Shown: positions 8,522 through 17,530 of the stretch, piece by piece
How the letters are laid out: every line of letters starts with the position of its first letter
Numbering within the stretch: the first letter of the stretch is position 1
Sequence record: MW584209.1
From: Mycobacterium phage prophiGD04-1
Strand: one strand, 5' to 3'
DNA length: 60,432 nucleotides
Position numbers and translations under genes: made by a program
Notes under the pieces: model-generated
What the model saw: the letters and a program-made list of their open reading frames with translations, nothing else
Database searches by the model: none
What the model was told of the DNA's origin: nothing

Positions 8522-10120
8522 CTATTCCGGTGCTTTGCGACCGAGAATGTCGTCCTCGACGGCAGTAGTTAGGCTGTGGGCCCGCGACATCCCTGGACGT
8601 GAAGACCGACCTGATTCCACCCAAGCGTCGTGGGCATCGTGGTGGAACTCTGAAAGCGCGCGTAGCGACGCTTGTGCCTTCCGGAGTTTGGTGATTTCTT
8701 CCTTGTTCGGGGCCGCCGGTAGCAGGGTGTCGATGAAATCGATCAACTCGTCGGAGAATTCCCAACCCACCTCGAACAAGGGTAGTGCTACGTCGATCTG
8801 TTGTTGGGTGGCATGCAGCTCTAAATCCTGCATCCGGGTCACAATGTCGCGCGCGGCGGCGTCGAAGTTGTCGATTGCGCGTAGCACTGCACCAACCATG
8901 TCGACTGTCACTGGCTCCCCGCGCCTTGTCGCATTCGGTATCGCAGCCGTGCGTTTCGGGATGTCGTCGATCGCGGCTTCATAAGCAGCGATCATCCTCG
9001 CGGGGACTGCGGCTCTGACGAAGTCCGGCATCGAAGGCGCCTCGGCTTCGCCCAGCATCCATGACTTCGCGAGGTTGGGGTCGTATCCATCCTTGTCGTC
9101 TTGCGAGTCTGGTTGTGACGGGCGTTTTGAGGACTCAATCTCGACCGTCCGGATAACGCCGTCGAAAACCACCATCTCCGAGAACTCGCGACGGTATCTG
9201 GTTTGCGCGGCCTCGTATTCGGCAGGAGATAGCGACAGTTGCGCATGAAGATCAGGATCACCGCCCTGATGCGGCGTTGACAGCCGGGCCGCGAGGTACT
9301 GCACGTACGCGGCATCATCGACCTCCGAGGGGAAGGCGGTCAGCGGGCTGTCAGTATGGCCGAGGCTCTGCTTCGCTTGATCTATAAGCGCCCGGTGCCT
9401 GCGCTGCTGCTGAGCTCGACGACGCATCTCTGCATAGTGCTCATTGAGGGACTGCGCAACGATAGCTGCGGCGGGCTCGGGGGCATCTCTCGTGAAGGTT
9501 GCCCGCCTCGCCAAGATGTCCTCCAGCGCGATCGATAGGTGACGTACCCGGTCACGGCCAGTGAGCCCAGCTTGGTCGATTCGGTCCTCTTCATTCATGA
9601 ACTCGTCGAGCACCCCCAGCTCGGTCGCGCGCCGAATGGTTTGTGACCAAGTGCGCGTGTCCAACGCGTGTGTCACCCGCTCGATACCCACTACACCGAC
9701 CACGGCGGCCTCAACCCGCCGAACGTACGCGCTGACATCTGGATCATCCTTAGCCGCTGCCAACGCCTGCCCCTCAACCACGAGTTCAATGAGTGGTGCG
9801 TGTTCATCGCCGGCTAGCTCGCGGTCGTGTTTGGCATAGATTTCGATCAATTTGCCGAGAGCTGATTCCAGCGAAGACGACTTTGTCGTAGGCATCCCGC
9901 CTTTCAGTGCCGTATCAACCCCGCCCGTCTCCCATTCGACGGCCCGCTCCAGGTCGCGGCGCTTGCTCGGACTCAACGACGTTGCCCGCCGGTTGATGAT
10001 CTCGCGCACTTTGGCTGGTGATGGCCCTCCACGGGCCTGGATCTCAGACTGAGTGAGGTTCAGTTCTGAGATTCGATTTTCGAGCACCTCGGCGAGGTGC
10101 TCCCAGTCTTCGTTTGACAT
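8522..10120 (-). CDS. Large (532-aa) HTH-domain protein divergently transcribed from cro-like gene; putative prophage repressor or repressor-fused effector
   Basis: N-terminal ~70 aa resemble XRE-type HTH (LNLTQSEIQARGG...VREIINRRATSLSP); ATG at 10120 preferred over TTG at 10138; faces operator-repeat region. Confidence 0.65.
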   Translation of the reverse strand: MSNEDWEHLAEVLENRISELNLTQSEIQARGGPSPAKVREIINRRATSLSPSKRRDLERAVEWETGGVDTALKGGMPTTKSSSLESALGKLIEIYAKHDRELAGDEHAPLIELVVEGQALAAAKDDPDVSAYVRRVEAAVVGVVGIERVTHALDTRTWSQTIRRATELGVLDEFMNEEDRIDQAGLTGRDRVRHLSIALEDILARRATFTRDAPEPAAAIVAQSLNEHYAEMRRRAQQQRRHRALIDQAKQSLGHTDSPLTAFPSEVDDAAYVQYLAARLSTPHQGGDPDLHAQLSLSPAEYEAAQTRYRREFSEMVVFDGVIRTVEIESSKRPSQPDSQDDKDGYDPNLAKSWMLGEAEAPSMPDFVRAAVPARMIAAYEAAIDDIPKRTAAIPNATRRGEPVTVDMVGAVLRAIDNFDAAARDIVTRMQDLELHATQQQIDVALPLFEVGWEFSDELIDFIDTLLPAAPNKEEITKLRKAQASLRALSEFHHDAHDAWVESGRSSRPGMSRAHSLTTAVEDDILGRKAPE

Positions 10121-10146
10121 ACGGCCAGTGTCTCGCAACAGGGCAT

Positions 10147-10254
10147 GACAGGTCTAGCGACACATAGACAGGTCTAGCGCTGGACTTATTCGAACATCGC
10201 TAGTTACACGTCTGTCATTCCGCAGATAAATCTCGAAAATCGACAGATTTAGCG
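10147..10254. promoter_or_regulatory. Operator-like repeats in the divergent switch region
   Basis: GACAGGTCTAGCG perfect direct repeat at 10147-10159 and 10167-10179, near-copy GACAGATTTAGCG at 10242-10254, inverted half-site cgctag...ctgtc 10198-10216. Confidence 0.55.
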
Positions 10255-10299
10255 CCATGCCCCTTCCTCCTGTCTGGGTCTGTCGCTATAGTTAGCGCT

Positions 10300-10575
10300 A
10301 TGACCGATAAAGATGGCGCTCAGGTTGCGGGACCTCAGATCCGCATCCGGGCGTTGCGTGAAGCGCATGGGCTCTCCGTCAGTCAACTTATTGAGCGCAT
10401 CGTGGCGGAAGGCGTAGATGGCGTGCATCCGGACACAGTCAGGAACGTTGAACTCGGCTACAAGCGAGCGAGCAAGCCTCTCCTCACGGCTTGGGCAAAG
10501 GCTCTTGGGCTGAGCCCACTCGATGTGTGGCAGCCGGAGCCGTTGAAATCTTCGCGGGAACGGGTGGCCTCATGA
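10300..10575 (+). CDS. Cro/CI-type HTH (XRE family) DNA-binding protein
   Basis: 91 aa; LREAHGLSVSQLIERI...VRNVELGYKRASKPLLTAWAKALGLSP helix-turn-helix. Confidence 0.75.
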   Translation: MTDKDGAQVAGPQIRIRALREAHGLSVSQLIERIVAEGVDGVHPDTVRNVELGYKRASKPLLTAWAKALGLSPLDVWQPEPLKSSRERVAS

Positions 10576-11264
10576 AAGGCGAACTGGTTCGCGTGCCAGT
10601 GCCTGGCGCTGACGACCTTCTGGCGATGCAGTCTGAGGGCTGCGTGTGGGTAGCGCTCAAGCCGATGTGCGAGACCCTTGGGATCGACCACGCCACGCAG
10701 ATTCGGAAGCTACAGCGCAGGTCATGGGCAGGTATGGGTCAGAGGCCCACACCTTCCGCGGGCGGTATTCAGCAGGCCACCGTCATTACTTCCGAGACAG
10801 TCCCAATGTGGTTGGCAACCATCGACGAGAACCGTGTGACCGAAGAGGCAAGGTCGAAGCTCATCGCTTACCAGCGTGAGGCCCGTGACGCGCTCGACGC
10901 CTACTTCAATCAGCGTGTCGTAGCCGCGCCACCGGTCAACCAGTTCGACGTGCTTCGCGCTGCCATCGATCAGATCGAGGCTGCCCAGCGCGATGCGACT
11001 CAGGCCAGGGAGATCGCCTCGCGCACTGAGGCTCGGCTCGACGCGATCGAGGGCAAGCACGACTGGCTGTCGGCGCTCGGGTATGCCCGCCAGGCCGGGT
11101 TGCCCACGCATACGCGGTACCTCCAGAGATTGGGCAAGGCCGCTGCTGCCATTGCTCGCGCTCATAGCGTCGAGCCGAATCCCGTCCAGCACCAGCTGTT
11201 TGGTGTCGTCAACAGCTTCCCCGTCTACATCTGGGACATCGCAGCCGAGGGGTTCGACGCGTGA
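10572..11264 (+). CDS. Antirepressor-like protein (P22 AR N-terminal / Rha-type domain)
   Basis: ATGA overlap with cro-like stop; MKGELVRV...WVALKPMCETLGID...MWLATIDENRVTEEARSKLIAYQREARD. Confidence 0.6.
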   Translation: MKGELVRVPVPGADDLLAMQSEGCVWVALKPMCETLGIDHATQIRKLQRRSWAGMGQRPTPSAGGIQQATVITSETVPMWLATIDENRVTEEARSKLIAYQREARDALDAYFNQRVVAAPPVNQFDVLRAAIDQIEAAQRDATQAREIASRTEARLDAIEGKHDWLSALGYARQAGLPTHTRYLQRLGKAAAAIARAHSVEPNPVQHQLFGVVNSFPVYIWDIAAEGFDA

Positions 11265-11287
11265 GCGCAGTCGACGGCGCCGCGAGG

Positions 11288-11659
11288 TCAGCGCTGTTCC
11301 AGCTCTGTGATTCGATTAGTCAACTGCTGGACAAGCTCTTCCATTTTCTTTACGGCCCCGACAAGCAGCCCGATCTGAAGGATCGCCCGCGAACCGTACG
11401 AGTCGGCGCCGCTCATTCGAGACATGGACTCCATGTTGTTGACGATGAACTTTGTTATCGGTGTGTTCTCAAGTGGTCCAGCATCGATGATAGGGAAATC
11501 GCCAGGCTGGGTGCGGACGAACGACTCCAGGTCGGACAACCCCGCGATCAACACTTCGTTGGTCGACCATTCCCCGCTGTTCAAGCGGGTTGCGGCCTCC
11601 ACGGCGATCTCCAGGTGCCCCGGTATGACGAGTTCCTTCTCCGGGATGTCTCCACTCAC
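11288..11659 (-). CDS. Hypothetical protein, reverse-oriented low-GC gene in early region
   Basis: AAGGAG Shine-Dalgarno 7 nt before GTG at 11659; locally lower GC than surroundings; opposite plus-strand ORF is Arg-rich nonsense. Confidence 0.5.
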   Translation of the reverse strand: MSGDIPEKELVIPGHLEIAVEAATRLNSGEWSTNEVLIAGLSDLESFVRTQPGDFPIIDAGPLENTPITKFIVNNMESMSRMSGADSYGSRAILQIGLLVGAVKKMEELVQQLTNRITELEQR

Positions 11660-11805
11660 AACAGATCTCCTTACGTTGCACGGGCTGTCCCCCGTTATGT
11701 AGCCGGCGCGCACCTTACGGCGCTCCGGTGGTTGCAGCGTAGGGCGTGGGTCCGACGTGCCGCGAGCAATCCGCGGCCGTCGGGCGCCACCATCGAGGCG
11801 GAAGC

Positions 11806-11997
11806 ATGAATCCGCTTGAACCGCTGGGTACGCCAGCAGAAGTCGCCGAGTACCTGAGAGTCAGCGTCGTAACCCTGGCTCAGTGGCGCCAGGCCGGTCG
11901 CGGTCCGCAGTGGTCGAAAGTCGGCAGGTGGGTCCGATACGACTGGGCCGATGTGCGGGAGTGGGTCAGCCGCGGGGGTGATCGCAATGCGCAATGA
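11806..11997 (+). CDS. xis: Excisionase-family HTH (HTH_17) protein
   Basis: 63 aa; PAEVAEYLRVSVVTLAQWRQAGRGPQWSKVGRWVRYDWADVREWV. Confidence 0.65.
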   Translation: MNPLEPLGTPAEVAEYLRVSVVTLAQWRQAGRGPQWSKVGRWVRYDWADVREWVSRGGDRNAQ

Positions 11998-12061
11998 TGT
12001 GGACCCGGAGCGGGGCTACCACTTCCCCGTAGAAACCCCGCTTCGAGCGAAGGGCCGCACG

Positions 12062-12208
12062 CTACTTCTTGCGGGTCTCCTTCACGGTCGTGTTCGGATG
12101 CTTATTGGCGTAAGCCTTCGTCACATACCGGCCGCTGATCGCGCTCCGGGCGCTGGTGCTCTTCGAACTGCTGCCGCGCCCGGAGCTCGATGCTCCGCGA
12201 GATGCCAT
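12062..12208 (-). CDS. Small (48-aa) Ser/Gly-rich basic protein, missed by the 60-aa ORF track
   Basis: ATG preceded by GGGAGGGGG Shine-Dalgarno; MASRGASSSGRGSSSKSTSARSAISGRYVTKAYANKHPNTTVKETRKK. Confidence 0.35.
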   Translation of the reverse strand: MASRGASSSGRGSSSKSTSARSAISGRYVTKAYANKHPNTTVKETRKK

Positions 12209-12312
12209 GGAATTCACCCCCTCCCGATATCGAAAGTTTGTTCGTACGTATCAACCATACGTCGGCATACGTCGAGGTCCAGGAGTATGCGCGGCGTGTC
12301 GGAGGTGGGGTT

Positions 12313-12561
12313 ATGGCGTTGACCTCTGCGGACAAATCCGCGATCAGAGACATGATTGAAGTGGCGCTTCAGGGCGCTCAGGTCTATGACCCCTTCATCC
12401 CGCGGATCGAGGCTGCGAAGTACCTCGGGGTATCAGAGCGCGAGTTCGACGAGCTGCGTGCACGCGACGAGATCGCCACCGAGCAGCACGGGTCCCGCAA
12501 GGTGATCGTCCGCTTATCCGAGCTAAACAGATACGCCCAGGAGCGCCGCAGAAGCGCGTAA
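12313..12561 (+). CDS. Helix-turn-helix DNA-binding protein
   Basis: GGAGGTGGGG Shine-Dalgarno before ATG 12313; AKYLGVSEREFDELRARDEIATEQHGSRKVIVRLSELNRYA. Confidence 0.6.
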   Translation: MALTSADKSAIRDMIEVALQGAQVYDPFIPRIEAAKYLGVSEREFDELRARDEIATEQHGSRKVIVRLSELNRYAQERRRSA

Positions 12562-12680
12562 TCGAATGTCGCACAACTGAATATTCAAAACGTCGGCGCT
12601 GTCGAACTTTGGACGGCAAGACAGCGCCGACGCCCTGTAGCCAGCCTGAGGAGGCCAGCGTGTTTCAGCGTAGATCAACC

Positions 12681-12995
12681 ATGTCCCGAGTCGGGAGAAC
12701 GGCAGCGGCTAGCGTCGCGATATCGGTGATGGTGATGTGCTCACCACCCGCTCATGCCGATCCTGTGATCGACTACACCAGCCAGGTTGGCGCGAAGGTG
12801 TGCGTGGTGCTGGATGCCTCACCCTCTTTTGTGGGCGTGAACATCGCGGCGAACGCGATCCGCAACGACGGCTTCACCACTTATCAAGCGGGTGAGGTGA
12901 TTGCGCTGGCGGTAGGGAACTACTGCCCGCGTCATATTTCTCTCCTCCGCGCATATGTGTCTGCGGCAGAAGATAATTCGGGTAGGCCTGCATGA
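12681..12995 (+). CDS. Secreted DUF732-like protein
   Basis: Signal peptide MSRVGRTAAASVAISVMVMCSPPAHA; two-Cys mature domain typical of mycobacterial DUF732. Confidence 0.6.
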   Translation: MSRVGRTAAASVAISVMVMCSPPAHADPVIDYTSQVGAKVCVVLDASPSFVGVNIAANAIRNDGFTTYQAGEVIALAVGNYCPRHISLLRAYVSAAEDNSGRPA

Positions 12996-13240
12996 ACTCA
13001 ATCGAGAAGCTGTGCGCAGACGTTGAAGCCGACTTGGATCTGGAGGACATCGGCGTCCAGATTGGGCTTCTGATCGGAGTAGCTTTCGAGGTCTCAGAGA
13101 CGACGGGTGTGCCAGTACCGGAGTTCCGCAACGACCCGAATTGGTTCGGGGGATGCTACGCCGCAACCGGCTATGCGCTGGGCTACAAGCCGACGTTGGC
13201 TGGGGAGTGGTGGATCGACGCGCCGAGGTGGGCGTCATGA
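12992..13240 (+). CDS. Hypothetical protein
   Basis: 82 aa, ATGA-type overlap chain of small early genes. Confidence 0.45.
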   Translation: MNSIEKLCADVEADLDLEDIGVQIGLLIGVAFEVSETTGVPVPEFRNDPNWFGGCYAATGYALGYKPTLAGEWWIDAPRWAS

Positions 13241-13410
13241 TCGAACTAACCGTGCCCGTGTGCACCGTGCATCAGATGTTCCAACCGTGCCCTCCTTGTG
13301 CAAAGCAGCGAGCCAGGCTGCGCAGACAGAACTGGACGGCCATGACCTGGATGCTGATCTTCGCGATGTTCTTCGCATCAGCCTTGTGGTTTGCGGTGGG
13401 TGGGAGATGA
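13237..13410 (+). CDS. Small membrane protein
   Basis: 57 aa with C-terminal TM helix; ATGA overlap. Confidence 0.4.
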   Translation: MIELTVPVCTVHQMFQPCPPCAKQRARLRRQNWTAMTWMLIFAMFFASALWFAVGGR

Positions 13411-13592
13411 GACGTAGTAGCTCCAAGTCCGAAAAAGCGCGCATAGCAAGAGAAACGCTCGATGACCTACATGAAGCGGCCCGTCTTCTGTCCAAGATTT
13501 CCCGCGCCTATGGAGAAGATCCACTACACACGTCGTGGAATGCGTTTGAGCTGCGTATCACTGCGGGGTTCAAAGCATTGGAGATCGTATGA
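13407..13592 (+). CDS. Hypothetical small protein
   Basis: 61 aa; GGGAG Shine-Dalgarno; ATGA overlap. Confidence 0.4.
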   Translation: MRRSSSKSEKARIARETLDDLHEAARLLSKISRAYGEDPLHTSWNAFELRITAGFKALEIV

Positions 13593-13738
13593 CTGTCATT
13601 TCGTTGCCGACGTACAAGTCAGATGAGCTGTTGCTCAGGGAGATTGCCGAGCGAATCAACAAGACGCACCCGTTCTCTGCGATACAGCTGCGCTCGGTCG
13701 CGGCTCGTATCACGAAGCGATCAGAGGGGAGTCGATGA
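13589..13738 (+). CDS. Hypothetical small protein (49 aa), missed by the 60-aa ORF track
   Basis: ATGA overlaps at both ends link it to flanking genes. Confidence 0.35.
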   Translation: MTVISLPTYKSDELLLREIAERINKTHPFSAIQLRSVAARITKRSEGSR

Positions 13739-14658
13739 TCGAGCCGGGCTCACCCGAATGGCTGAGCATCATCACGCCGAGCAAGGTGCCGTCCATCTTG
13801 GTCGACCAACACGGGACAACCATCTCGCGCTGGAAATCGCAGTACACCTTGTGGCACGAGATGGCAGGAATCACTGCGCCCGCGCCTATTTCAGAAGCGC
13901 GCCAAGATGATTTCGACTACGGCCACGCCTGCGAGCTGGCAGCGCGCGAGTACTGGAAATTCAAGAACCCGGATTGGCGCATCTCGCAGGGGGAGGTGCA
14001 GATCAGTAACCCGGATCTGCCGTTCCCAAACCTGGCCACGATCGACTTGCGCGGCTCTCGGGGCAGCTTGCGCCGTGTGGTCGAGGTCAAGACGGCACGC
14101 GACCTCGGCGAGTTCGGCGATGACGGCAGCGGGGAAATCCCGCGCGACTATGCCGCCCAGATCCTCATGCAGATGTTGATCACCGGATGGCACGACACTG
14201 CCGATCTCGTGTGCTGGGCCCAGTACGGGAAGCCCCGCATTTACCACGTCGAATGGGACGCCCAGATCGCCGAGGCGATCGTCACGCTGTGTGTCGGGTG
14301 GATGGAATCGCTTGCGCAGGGTAGGAAGCCGCCGCTCGACAATTCGGTATCCACCTACGAGACCGTCAGGGCGCTACACCCGGAAATCGACCGGGGCGCC
14401 GAGGTGCAGATCCCGCCGGCCGAGGCCTACGAGCTGCTGGCGGCCGACGGCACGTTGAAGGCCGCTGAGAAGCAACTCAGGGGCCGCAAGACGGCGTTGC
14501 TCGACCAGATGGGCAGCGCGCAATACGCCATGGTCGGCGACATCAAGATTGCCGACCGCCGACCGCACGCCAAGGGGTCAGTAGCCCTGGTGCTGGCTCC
14601 CAAGAACATCCAACAAATCGCCGACCACATCGACGCTCAGGAAGGGCTACCCGCATGA
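13735..14658 (+). CDS. YqaJ/lambda-Exo-like viral recombinase exonuclease
   Basis: 307 aa; immediately followed and overlapped by RecT-like gene. Confidence 0.75.
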   Translation: MIEPGSPEWLSIITPSKVPSILVDQHGTTISRWKSQYTLWHEMAGITAPAPISEARQDDFDYGHACELAAREYWKFKNPDWRISQGEVQISNPDLPFPNLATIDLRGSRGSLRRVVEVKTARDLGEFGDDGSGEIPRDYAAQILMQMLITGWHDTADLVCWAQYGKPRIYHVEWDAQIAEAIVTLCVGWMESLAQGRKPPLDNSVSTYETVRALHPEIDRGAEVQIPPAEAYELLAADGTLKAAEKQLRGRKTALLDQMGSAQYAMVGDIKIADRRPHAKGSVALVLAPKNIQQIADHIDAQEGLPA

Positions 14659-15575
14659 CCATTGACACCACCGACATCGACACCGAGATTGAGATCCTGC
14701 CCGCGCGCAGACCGTCTGCGGCCGAAGCACTCGGTGCACTGGCCGCTCACGTCGAGGCGATGCACAACGCCAAGGTGCTTGGAGACGCGCTCGCCGATAC
14801 CGAGCTGGTACCTGAGACGTATCGCGGCAAGCCTGGAAATGCCGGTGCCGCAATCCTGTTCGGTGCCGAGTTGGGGCTGAACCCGATTCAGTCACTGCAG
14901 CAGATCTTCGTCGTCAAGGGCAAGCCCGCCATCTACGCGCGGACAGCAGTCGCACTGCTCAAGGGGCACGGCATCGTCGTGCAGACACTCGAAACTTCCG
15001 ACACGAGCGTGACCGTGACGGCTACTGACCCGCGCACTGGCCAGGTGGAAACCTCCACGTGGGATATCGGACGGGCGACCACGGCGAAGTACACCTCCAA
15101 TGCGCTGTATACGACTGACCCGCAGGCGATGCTGTACGCCAAGGCGGCGATGGAAGTATGCCGCAAGATCGCCCCGGACATCCTGCTCGGCATCCCTTAC
15201 AGCCGTGAGGAATTGGAGCTTGAGCAGCAGCCTGTGCGCGTCCGGTCCGACCGTGCGGATCGCGGACTCACCGGGTTGCGCGCCGCGGTCATCGATACGG
15301 AGACGGAATCGGCACCTGTCGAGCCGACACCCGGAGCACCCGAAGCGCCCGAGGTGCAGATGATCACGCAACCGCAGTCACGCAAGCTCTATGCCCTCCT
15401 ACGCGAGCGCGGTCTCGAAGACAAAGACGCTGCCCTGGCGTGGATCTCGTCGGCGCTGAACAGGGCCGACAGGCCGGTGGCCAGCACCAAGGATCTCACC
15501 AAGGCTGAGTCGATCACCCTAATCGACATTCTCGAAAGCCCCCGAGCAGAACAACCCAGCACCGAAGGGAAGTAA
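14655..15575 (+). CDS. recT: RecT-family ssDNA annealing protein
   Basis: 306 aa; RecT-like core; ATGA overlap with exonuclease gene. Confidence 0.75.
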   Translation: MTIDTTDIDTEIEILPARRPSAAEALGALAAHVEAMHNAKVLGDALADTELVPETYRGKPGNAGAAILFGAELGLNPIQSLQQIFVVKGKPAIYARTAVALLKGHGIVVQTLETSDTSVTVTATDPRTGQVETSTWDIGRATTAKYTSNALYTTDPQAMLYAKAAMEVCRKIAPDILLGIPYSREELELEQQPVRVRSDRADRGLTGLRAAVIDTETESAPVEPTPGAPEAPEVQMITQPQSRKLYALLRERGLEDKDAALAWISSALNRADRPVASTKDLTKAESITLIDILESPRAEQPSTEGK

Positions 15576-15581
15576 CCAACC

Positions 15582-15923
15582 ATGTCCGACAACGAAACCG
15601 AGAAGGCGGAGGAAGGTACCGAACTCGGGCCAGGCGATATCACCGAGTTCATCGTCGTATTTACTCAGCTCAACAAGGGCCGCACTCAGCTCGAAGCGAC
15701 CAAGGCGCTGCATGAATGCGTCGAGGCCGCGATGGCCACCGGCAAGAAGACCGGCACCGTCACGATCAAGATCAAGGTCGAGCCGCTGGAGTCCGGCGCA
15801 GTCAGCCTCGTGCCCGATGTCACCAGCAACCCCGCCAAGGACCCAGCCGGAACGATCTTTTTTGCCGACGGAGAGGGCCAACTCTCCCGCGACAACGCCG
15901 CTATGTACTACGGCACCAAGTAG
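15582..15923 (+). CDS. Hypothetical protein
   Basis: 113-aa ORF. Confidence 0.5.
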   Translation: MSDNETEKAEEGTELGPGDITEFIVVFTQLNKGRTQLEATKALHECVEAAMATGKKTGTVTIKIKVEPLESGAVSLVPDVTSNPAKDPAGTIFFADGEGQLSRDNAAMYYGTK

Positions 15924-15950
15924 CCAAGCAACCACCAAGGAGTAAAACCT

Positions 15951-16787
15951 ATGTCCGAAAACACTATTGAACTTCCCAACCAGACCGTCGAGCTGATTGA
16001 CGGCCCCGACAACGACGGCCCGATCTACCTGATCACCGCGAACGGTGAGAACGGACTCGAAACGCGGGTGGTGGATCTCCGCAAGGAGGCGCCGCACGCG
16101 TTCCCACCGCGGACGACACAGCCGCGCACCGTGACCGACACCGCTTCACTGCTGGCAGAGGTAGAACGGCGCCCGCTGGTCGAGAACATTTCGACCGCCT
16201 GGGGTAACCGGAACGTCGGCGAAATCACCATCGTGTACGACGAATTGGAGCCGGACGCGAACCTGGACTACACCAACCGCGCAGACCACCTGCGACTCAA
16301 GTTCGTGCGTGACCCCGACTGGAACACCCTGTTCCGGGCCGCCGACGGTGAATTTCATCGACAGGAGGAATTCGGCGACCTGATCGAACAGGCCGGGCAC
16401 CTGATCATCAGTCACCCCGCCGCGGAGCTGATGGAGATCGTGGACAGCATCCGAACCTCGAGTAGCGGATCGTTCAAGTCGCAGATCAAGCGCGACACCG
16501 GATCGCAGCACCTCAGCTACAGCGAGGAAGTCACCGCATCGGCCGGATCGGCGTCACGCGAACTGGAGGTGCCACGCGAGATCACCTTGGCGGCGCGACC
16601 ATTCGAGGACTACCCGCTCGTTGAGATCACATGCTGGCTGCGGTTGCGCGTCGCCAACGGAAATCTGTACCTCGGACTCTTCCCGAAGCCGTACGAGCAT
16701 CTGGTACGCGATGCCTGGACGCAGAAGACTGGAGAGCTGGCCGAGCAGCTAGGCGTGCCGGTCTACGCGGCGAACCTCGGGCAGTAG
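15951..16787 (+). CDS. Hypothetical protein (DUF2303-like, recombination-module associated)
   Basis: 278 aa, follows RecT. Confidence 0.55.
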   Translation: MSENTIELPNQTVELIDGPDNDGPIYLITANGENGLETRVVDLRKEAPHAFPPRTTQPRTVTDTASLLAEVERRPLVENISTAWGNRNVGEITIVYDELEPDANLDYTNRADHLRLKFVRDPDWNTLFRAADGEFHRQEEFGDLIEQAGHLIISHPAAELMEIVDSIRTSSSGSFKSQIKRDTGSQHLSYSEEVTASAGSASRELEVPREITLAARPFEDYPLVEITCWLRLRVANGNLYLGLFPKPYEHLVRDAWTQKTGELAEQLGVPVYAANLGQ

Positions 16788-16790
16788 ACC

Positions 16791-17000
16791 ATGAGCGCCC
16801 CGGCGATCGCCGACAGCGGCCCCGCGGTACGCCGGGGCGCTCACCCCGTGGGTGACGGCATCACCCTCCACTGCGCGCGCTGCTCACGCGAATTCGGTAC
16901 CGAACGCATTCGAGACCTCTGCCACGGCTGCCAGCCCGCGCAGCAAGCCGTGTGGCCCAACATCACCCACCAACGAACCGGAGAGGCGAGTGGCGCATGA
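16791..17000 (+). CDS. Small zinc-ribbon protein (paralog of 18195-18353)
   Basis: HCARCSREFGTERIRDLCHGCQ CxxC...CxxC. Confidence 0.5.
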   Translation: MSAPAIADSGPAVRRGAHPVGDGITLHCARCSREFGTERIRDLCHGCQPAQQAVWPNITHQRTGEASGA

Positions 17001-17530
17001 CGAGCCCCTTGCTCACCGAGGATCAGCGCTGGCTGCTGCGCATGGTCGGTGGGCAGTCAATGCGTGACTGCCTCATCGGTCCCGCAGGTGTCACCCGCCT
17101 GATGCAGTCGCACTACGGCGGAACCGGCCGCCGAATGGATGGTGCGCCGGCGTACTTACGGGGATTCCAGTGCGGCGGAGGCAAAATAGTGTCGTCGGCG
17201 ATCCCGGTAATAGCCGTCACTACGGGGCAGCTGCGCAAGTTCGCACAGTCCTTGCCGACCGATCTTGTCGCCGAGATGCGCGAGTGCGCCACCGCTGCGC
17301 AGCGCACCAACATACTGCGCAGCCGATTCTGCCACTGCGGAAGCGATCCGTGCGGGTTCGCGTACATGGGCGATCGTATTTGCCCGCCGACTGAGCAGCA
17401 GGAAGCCGATGCCAGCGCCGAGTACTGGCGCTGCCACGACTGGACCGAGGACCTACTGGACCGCGCACTCGGATTCGTCACCGAGGTAGAGCCGGTCGGA
17501 CAGCTAGAGCTGTTCGGAGTCGGCGCATGA
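16997..17530 (+). CDS. Hypothetical protein
   Basis: 177 aa, ATGA overlap. Confidence 0.5.
   Translation: MTSPLLTEDQRWLLRMVGGQSMRDCLIGPAGVTRLMQSHYGGTGRRMDGAPAYLRGFQCGGGKIVSSAIPVIAVTTGQLRKFAQSLPTDLVAEMRECATAAQRTNILRSRFCHCGSDPCGFAYMGDRICPPTEQQEADASAEYWRCHDWTEDLLDRALGFVTEVEPVGQLELFGVGA

Noticed and set aside
11261..11809. Plus-strand 182-aa ORF opposite the minus-strand gene
   Set aside because: Arg-rich low-complexity translation; the minus-strand frame has a perfect AAGGAG-GTG start
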